From Planctomycetota bacterium (GTDB lineage: Bacteria > Planctomycetota > UBA1135 > UBA2386), in contig JBKAGP010000001.1 in the NCBI GenBank assembly GCA_046290465.1, positions 4,512,001-4,576,000 of the forward strand: a stretch of DNA of 64,000 nt. The letters run 5' to 3'. The translations under genes were made by a program, and so were the position numbers. Positions within the stretch are counted from its first letter, which is position 1, and the number at the start of each line of letters is the position of its first letter. The notes beneath the pieces were generated by a model, which was not told the origin of the DNA, did not search any database, and saw only the letters and a program-made list of their open reading frames with translations. Positions 58,320-64,000 of the stretch are shown one piece after another.

Positions 58320-59600
58320 ATGGGGCAACGACTCCGGCAACTCCTGTGCGCTGCGATCGTCGCCGCTGCGGCCGCGCCGTGCCCGGCGCAGTCCCGGGAC
58401 CTGCGCGAGCAGATCCAGGCCGCGCTCACCGATGCCCGCCCGGCGCTCGAGTCGCACCTCAAGCAGGCGTTGCGCAGCGCGACGCGGCCAGGAGAGCTGG
58501 CGTTGCTGGTGCTGGCCGCGCTGCACGACGGCATGCCGGTGTCCAACGAGACGCTCGAGCGCGCGATCCAGCGGCTGGCCAAGGCGCGGCCGCACAAGAC
58601 CTACGACATCGCGCTGCGGCTGCTGGTGCTCGAGGCGTGCCCGAGCTTTCCCGATCGCATGAAGCTCGCGAAGGCCGACCTCAAGTCGCTGCTGGCGCAC
58701 CGCAGCGACGAGGGTGCGTTCCAATACACGAAGAACCCGACCACGTGGGACCTGAGCAACACGCAATACGGCGCGCTCGGCCTGCGCGCCGCGTGGTCGC
58801 TGGGGCTGAAGGTGCGCAAGGACATCTGGTCCAAGCTGGCGCGCGAGATCGGCGAGCAGCAGGCTCCCGACGGCGGCTTCTGCTACACGCGCAAGCGCTC
58901 CGGCTGGGATCCGTATCCGTCGATGACGGTCGCCGGCATCGCGGTGCTGGCGATCTGCCGGCAGGCGCTCGGCGATTCCTACGGGCGTCGCGACCAGATC
59001 GACAAGCAGATCGAGCGCGCGTGGCAGTGGCTCGACCAGCACCGCGACACGATCGGTTCGCCGAAGGAGAAGTGGTCGTTCTACTACCACTACGGCCTCG
59101 AGCGCGCCGCGATCCTGTGCGACGTCGTCAAGATCCAGGGTCGCACCGACTGGTACGAGAAGGGCGCGCAGATGTTCGTCGAGCAGCAGCTGGCCGGCGG
59201 CGGTTGGCAGAGCATGAAGGACAAGCACCCGGGCCAGCACCTCTCGGACAAGCGCGGCGACAGCGTGCCGACATCGTTCGCGATCCTGTTCTTGCGGCGC
59301 AAGTTCCAAAAGGACATCGGCCCGATCACCGAACGCGTCGTGCGGCTGGTCAACATCGGCCCGCGATCGCGCCAGCGGGACGTCGACGAGTGCGCGCGCC
59401 AGCTGGTGGCTCAGGGCAAGACGTCGATGCCCGACGTGATCAAGGCGATGCGCAGCGACATCGTGCCGCAGCGTCAGGTCGCGGCGAAGGCGCTGAAGGC
59501 GATCACCGGTGACGCGTTCGGCTTCGACCCGGGCAAGGATCGTGACGCCAACCGAGGTGCCGTCCGCCAGGCGGAACTCTGGTTCTTGAAGAACCGGTAG
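58320..59600 (+). CDS. Secreted prenyltransferase/squalene-oxidase-repeat (alpha/alpha toroid) protein
   Basis: DLSNTQYGALGL, QQAPDGGFCY, SMTVAG, YYHYGLERA, QQLAGGGW, TSFAILFL. Confidence 0.75.
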   Translation: MGQRLRQLLCAAIVAAAAAPCPAQSRDLREQIQAALTDARPALESHLKQALRSATRPGELALLVLAALHDGMPVSNETLERAIQRLAKARPHKTYDIALRLLVLEACPSFPDRMKLAKADLKSLLAHRSDEGAFQYTKNPTTWDLSNTQYGALGLRAAWSLGLKVRKDIWSKLAREIGEQQAPDGGFCYTRKRSGWDPYPSMTVAGIAVLAICRQALGDSYGRRDQIDKQIERAWQWLDQHRDTIGSPKEKWSFYYHYGLERAAILCDVVKIQGRTDWYEKGAQMFVEQQLAGGGWQSMKDKHPGQHLSDKRGDSVPTSFAILFLRRKFQKDIGPITERVVRLVNIGPRSRQRDVDECARQLVAQGKTSMPDVIKAMRSDIVPQRQVAAKALKAITGDAFGFDPGKDRDANRGAVRQAELWFLKNR

Positions 59601-59611
59601 CACGACGCCCA

Positions 59612-59694
59612 AACACCGCATACCGAACCGGGTTCATCTTGCCGCGCGCGCGCGGCAAGTGGCGCAAGATGAACCCGGTTCGGTATGCGGTGTT
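59612..59694. repeat. Perfect 31-bp inverted repeat (REP/MITE-like) overlapping a 22-bp palindrome
   Basis: AACACCGCATACCGAACCGGGTTCATCTTGC (59612-59642) and its reverse complement (59664-59694); CTTGCCGCGCGCGCGCGGCAAG at 59638-59659. Confidence 0.9.
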
Positions 59695-59846
59695 GGACCG
59701 ACGGTCACCCCGGCGTGCGGACCCGTTCCTGCCCCGTCGCACGCGATTTTCCGACAAAGTGAGGGGCGGGGAAGTGGGTTCGATCTGGGTGACTTCGAAC
59801 GCTGCGAGATGCGAACGGCCACTGCATGCGCGCCTCGCCGTTCGTG

Positions 59847-59880
59847 GTGGCACAACATGAACCCGGTTCGGTATGGGGTG
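59847..59880 (+). repeat. Third copy of the REP-like unit
   Basis: GTGGCACAACATGAACCCGGTTCGGTATGGGGTG vs GTGGCGCAAGATGAACCCGGTTCGGTATGCGGTG at 59659. Confidence 0.85.
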
Positions 59881-60103
59881 GCAGGTGGGACTTCGATCGG
59901 GTGGGTGGTCGGGGGCGGGGGCTCGGTGACGGCGGACGGAACCCGGTTGTGTGAGGCGCACGTCGAAGTGCGGTCGGGCATCGGGCACGCGTTCGATCGC
60001 CGCGACCTCATCACTTCGTTTCAGTCACCGACAACGATCGCGCCGGCATCGCCGGGGCCGACGGCTCTCGGTTCGGGTACGGCGCGGTCGCCATGCACCT
60101 CCC

Positions 60104-63100
60104 ATGGACGATCTCACCCTCGCTGCGCGTTGCGCGCGCAGCCGTTCGCGTGCGTACCTGGCACGCCTCTCTTCCCTTGCGCAAGTCGCGACGCCGACGC
60201 GCGCGCTGCTGCTGACCCTCGCGACGGCCGCGGCGCTGCAGGCGCAGGAACCGCAGCTCGAACGAACGCTCGTGCGTTCGGATCGCGGTCCTGCCGTCGA
60301 GGAGATCGAACGCGCGGGGCCGCGGCTGCTGCGGCTCAACTATGCGACGTTCGATCCGCTGGTGGCGGATCCGGTCGAACCGGCGCTCGCCGGCGCGTCC
60401 AACCTCTACATCGTGCAGTTCGTCGGCCTGCCGACCGAGGACTGGCGAGCGGCGCTGCGGGCCAGCGGCGCGACGATCCATAGCTACCTGCCCGACCACG
60501 CCTACGTCGTGCGCATGCCGCAGGCGATCGCGCAGAAGGTCGGCCGCCTGCCGTTCGTGCGCTGGCTCGGCAGCTACGCGCCGGCGTTCCGCCTCGAGCC
60601 GCAGCTCGCGGCGGCGTTGGCGATGGGGGAGCCGCTGAAGAAGCAGCGCTACAACGTCGTGGTCTGCGACAAGCACGCCGACAAGCCGGCGCTGCAGGCG
60701 CGCATCCAGGCGATCGGCGGCACCGTCGACAACCTGCTCGAGGGCAGCATCCTGGTCGAGGCGACGCTCGACGCGGCACAGCTGCGCAAGGTCGCGGCGT
60801 TCGACGAGGTGCTGTGGATCGACGTCTGGACGCCGCCCGAACTCGACATGGACAACGCCCGCATCCAGGGCGGTGGCAACTTCGTCGAGTCGGTCGCCGG
60901 CTACACCGGTAGCGGCGTGCGCGGCCACATCTACGAAGGCGTCGAGTTCGGCCACCCCGACTTCAACACGCCGCTGACCGTCACGCAGAGCTGCAACAGC
61001 GCCGAACGGCACGGCCACTGCACCGCCGGCATCGTGTTCGGCAACGGCACCAGTGCGGCGCAGGCGCGCGGCATGGCGCCGGACGCGGTCGGGTTCTTCA
61101 CCAACTACAGCTGCGTCAACAGCGGCCTGTCGCGCAATGCGGTGATCAACGCGGTGGTCAACACCAACCAGTGCATGTTCACCACCGCGTCGTGGGGCAG
61201 CGGGCGCACGCGGTCGTACACGTCGATCTCGGCCGATGCCGACGACGTCGTGTTCGACCACCGAATCCCGTGGACGCAGTCGCAGTCGAACGCCGGCAAC
61301 CAGGACTCGCGTCCGCAGGCCTGGGCCAAGAACGTCATCTCGATCGGCGGGGTCGACCACTTCAACGACAGCAACGCGGCCAACGACTCGTGGCTGGCGG
61401 GCAACGGCTCGACCGGCCCGGCATCGGATGGCCGCATCAAGCCGGATCTGTGCGCCTACTACGACTCGATCTGGGCGTCGGACCTGACCGGCGCGGCCGG
61501 CTACTCGTCGGGCAACTCGACGACCGGCTTCGGCGGCACGTCGGGCGCGACCCCGATCGTCGCGGGCCACAACGCGCTGCTGGTGCAGATGTACACCGAC
61601 GACCTGTTCGGCAACGGCCCGCGCGTGGTCGGCGGCTCGCGCTTCCAGAACCGTCCGTTCGCGCAGACGCTCAAGGCGCTGCAGATCGTCGGCGCGAGGC
61701 CCTACGCGTTCACGGCGTCGAGCACCGACAACCGCCGCGAACACCAGGGCTGGGGCTTCCCGAGTCTGCAGGACCTCTACGAGAGCCGGGCGGCGGCCTA
61801 CGTCGTGCCCGAGGACGACGTGCTGACGCAGGGGCAGACGGCCGCGCACACGATCGCGGTCGGCAGCGGCACGCCGCGGCTCAAGGTCTGCATGACGTTC
61901 GTCGAGCCGGCGGGCAACCCGGCGGCGACGCTGGCGATCGTCAACAACCTCGACCTGCGGGTGACGTCGCCGACCGGCACGGTCTACTGGGGCAACAACG
62001 GCCTCAACAGCGGCAACACGTCGACGGCCGGCGGTTCGGCCAACACGATCGACTCCGTCGAGTGCGTGTTCGTCGACAGTCCGGCGGCAGGCAACTGGAC
62101 CGTCGAGGTCATCGCGCAGGCGATCGTGACCGACGCGCACGTGGCGACCGGCGCGACCGACGCGAGCTACGCGCTGGCCGTGCTCGGCGGCACCGGCACG
62201 CCCGGCGGCGGCGGCGGTGGCCCGGGTCCGGTGATCGACGCGGCCAGCTTCGAGACCGGCTTCGACAGCTGGAGCAACGCCAGCGGTGACGACCTCGACT
62301 GGACGCGCCGTTCGGGAACGACCCCGTCGGTCGACACCGGACCGACCGCGGCGCAGGAGGGCAACACCTACGTCTACGTCGAGTCGTCGGGCAGTGGCAC
62401 CGGCTACCCGACCAAGACGGCGATCCTCGACGGCCCGACGATCTCGATGTCCGGCACCGAACAGATCGTCTTCCACTACCACATGTACGGCGCGTCGATG
62501 GGCACGCTGCAGCTGCAGGCGGTGTCCTCAACGGGCGGCGTCACCAACGTGTGGTCGCGCACCGGCGACCAGGGCAACAGTTGGTTCCAGGCGACGGTCG
62601 ACCTGTCGTCGCTCGGCGGCGCGCAGCAGCTGCGGTTCGTCGCGACCACCGGCACCAGCTGGCAGAGCGACTTCGCGGTCGACAACATCGTGATCACCGG
62701 TGACGGTTCGATCGGTGGTGGCGGCGGGGGTGCGAGCCTCGACGTCGACTTCGAAGCCGGCTTCGGCGGGCTCGCCAACGTCGCCGGCGACACGCACGAC
62801 TGGACCCGCAACTCGGGCGGCACGCCGAGCAACAACACCGGCCCGACCGGCGCGGCGGAGGGCACGTGGTATGCGTACGTCGAGGCGTCGTCGCCCAACA
62901 TCGGCACCAACGCCAAGCTCGACTCGGGGCTGCTGCCGTTCGCTGGCGGCGAGACGCTGACGTTCCGCTACCACATGTTCGGCGGCACGATGGGCACGCT
63001 CAACGTGCAGGCGGTCAGTTCGTCCGGCGCGGTGACGACGCTGTGGTCGCGCACCGGCGACCAGGGCAACGTCTGGCAGACGGCGAACGTGCCGCTGACC

Positions 63101-63667
63101 CTGAGCGGGGACTACCGGATCCGTTTCGACGCGCAACTCGGCAGCAGCTGGGAGAGCGACATCTGCATCGACTCGGTGTCGATCGGGACTGGTGGTGGTG
63201 GCGGTGGCGCCAGCTTCGCTGCCAACATGGAGTCCGGCTTCGGGGCGCTCGCCAACGAGACCGGCGATACGCACGAGTGGAGCCGCAATTCGGGCGGCAC
63301 GCCGAGCTCCAACACCGGCCCGAGCGGCGCGGTCGAGGGTTCGTGGTATGCCTACGTCGAGGCGTCGTCGCCCAACATCGGCACCAACGCGCGGCTCGCG
63401 ACCGGTCTGCTCGACTTCGACGGTACCGAGACGTTGACGTTCCGCTACCACATGTTCGGCGGCACGATGGGCACGCTCAACGTGCAGGCGGTCAGTTCGT
63501 CGGGCGCGGTGACCACGCTGTGGACGCGTTCTGGCGATCAGGGTGACGTCTGGCAGGCGGCCAGCATCCCGATCACGCTGACCGGCAGCTACCGGATCCG
63601 CTTCGATGCGCAACTCGGCAGCAGCTGGGAGAGCGACATCTGCATCGACGACGTCGTGCTGCAGTAG
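60104..63667 (+). CDS. S8 (subtilisin-like) serine peptidase with three C-terminal MAM domains
   Basis: Propeptide YIVQF; HGHCTAGIV; GRIKPDL; GTSGATP; NNLDLRVTSP; MAM motifs DWTRRSGTTPS..TGP, FHYHMYG..MGTL; start uncertain. Confidence 0.9.
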   Translation: MDDLTLAARCARSRSRAYLARLSSLAQVATPTRALLLTLATAAALQAQEPQLERTLVRSDRGPAVEEIERAGPRLLRLNYATFDPLVADPVEPALAGASNLYIVQFVGLPTEDWRAALRASGATIHSYLPDHAYVVRMPQAIAQKVGRLPFVRWLGSYAPAFRLEPQLAAALAMGEPLKKQRYNVVVCDKHADKPALQARIQAIGGTVDNLLEGSILVEATLDAAQLRKVAAFDEVLWIDVWTPPELDMDNARIQGGGNFVESVAGYTGSGVRGHIYEGVEFGHPDFNTPLTVTQSCNSAERHGHCTAGIVFGNGTSAAQARGMAPDAVGFFTNYSCVNSGLSRNAVINAVVNTNQCMFTTASWGSGRTRSYTSISADADDVVFDHRIPWTQSQSNAGNQDSRPQAWAKNVISIGGVDHFNDSNAANDSWLAGNGSTGPASDGRIKPDLCAYYDSIWASDLTGAAGYSSGNSTTGFGGTSGATPIVAGHNALLVQMYTDDLFGNGPRVVGGSRFQNRPFAQTLKALQIVGARPYAFTASSTDNRREHQGWGFPSLQDLYESRAAAYVVPEDDVLTQGQTAAHTIAVGSGTPRLKVCMTFVEPAGNPAATLAIVNNLDLRVTSPTGTVYWGNNGLNSGNTSTAGGSANTIDSVECVFVDSPAAGNWTVEVIAQAIVTDAHVATGATDASYALAVLGGTGTPGGGGGGPGPVIDAASFETGFDSWSNASGDDLDWTRRSGTTPSVDTGPTAAQEGNTYVYVESSGSGTGYPTKTAILDGPTISMSGTEQIVFHYHMYGASMGTLQLQAVSSTGGVTNVWSRTGDQGNSWFQATVDLSSLGGAQQLRFVATTGTSWQSDFAVDNIVITGDGSIGGGGGGASLDVDFEAGFGGLANVAGDTHDWTRNSGGTPSNNTGPTGAAEGTWYAYVEASSPNIGTNAKLDSGLLPFAGGETLTFRYHMFGGTMGTLNVQAVSSSGAVTTLWSRTGDQGNVWQTANVPLTLSGDYRIRFDAQLGSSWESDICIDSVSIGTGGGGGGASFAANMESGFGALANETGDTHEWSRNSGGTPSSNTGPSGAVEGSWYAYVEASSPNIGTNARLATGLLDFDGTETLTFRYHMFGGTMGTLNVQAVSSSGAVTTLWTRSGDQGDVWQAASIPITLTGSYRIRFDAQLGSSWESDICIDDVVLQ

Positions 63668-63719
63668 CGTGCGTGCCGCGCGCCCGAGCGACGAGGGCGA
63701 ACCCTCGTCGTTCGGTGCG

Positions 63720-63753
63720 GTGGCGCAGGATGAACCGGGTTCGGTATGCGGTG
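63720..63753 (+). repeat. Fourth copy of the REP-like unit
   Basis: GTGGCGCAGGATGAACCGGGTTCGGTATGCGGTG. Confidence 0.85.
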
Positions 63754-63769
63754 GTTGGGGCGCGCGACG

Positions 63770-64000
63770 TCAGCGCTTCATGCGGAACACTTCGACGGAC
63801 GCTTCGGTTCTCTGCGGGGTGATGCGCTCGACGGCCAGGCCACCGAAGACGGTCTGCATGTTGCCGACGGCTGCGCGCATCTCGTCGTCGATGGCAGTGC
63901 GCAGGATGTAGACGTGCTGCAGGTCGCCGCGATTGGCGAGCACCTGGAGGTCGGCGCGACGTCGATCGAAGCCGGCTGGAGTCAGGGCGGCGTGGCCATG
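63770..64000 (-). CDS. 3' end of a hypothetical gene extending beyond the window
   Basis: Open frame HGHAALTP...VEVFRMKR* with GC-biased codons. Confidence 0.55.
   Translation of the reverse strand, partial: HGHAALTPAGFDRRRADLQVLANRGDLQHVYILRTAIDDEMRAAVGNMQTVFGGLAVERITPQRTEASVEVFRMKR

Noticed and set aside
58320..59600. Squalene-hopene cyclase completing the hpn pathway
   Set aside because: Too short, has a signal peptide and lacks the DxDD motif; it shares only QW-like toroid repeats.
59612..59880. CRISPR array
   Set aside because: Copies are few, partly inverted and irregularly spaced, with no unique equal-length spacers and no cas operon.

Overview
High-GC bacterial DNA. The gene set (sulfatase, ECF sigma/anti-sigma pair, HEAT-repeat and giant lipoproteins, hpnCDE) suggests an uncultured Planctomycetota-like organism; this is inference only. 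About 46 CDSs are supportable. They cover surface-glycan enzymes (GT2-GT4 fusion, FkbM, ArnT-like, GT4, AsnB), a DsbD-like transmembrane reductant conduit, a molybdopterin oxidoreductase, DEAD-box and SF1 helicases, a TM0106-type nuclease, ligA, a DUF669 SSB-like gene, the hpnCDE squalene operon and a subtilase with three MAM domains. The top finding is that the dsbD-like gene (6361-8799) has a single in-frame TGA exactly at the first Cys of the thioredoxin CxxC (N-U-G-S-C-R), followed by a stem-loop. This makes it a candidate selenocysteine-containing DsbD with a duplicated alpha domain, which the ORF track splits in two. Other notable items: a fused deletion scar of a divergent peroxiredoxin-like/HxlR pair, a REP/MITE-like repeat family with a perfect 31-bp inverted repeat flanking the subtilase gene, an apparent Glu-His-Ser triad in that subtilase, a split DNA2-like nuclease/helicase pair, a degenerate HemY-like protein and a probable 1-nt frameshift. 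No rRNA, tRNA, CRISPR array or transposase was recognised. All family calls come from motif recognition by eye, not database searches.
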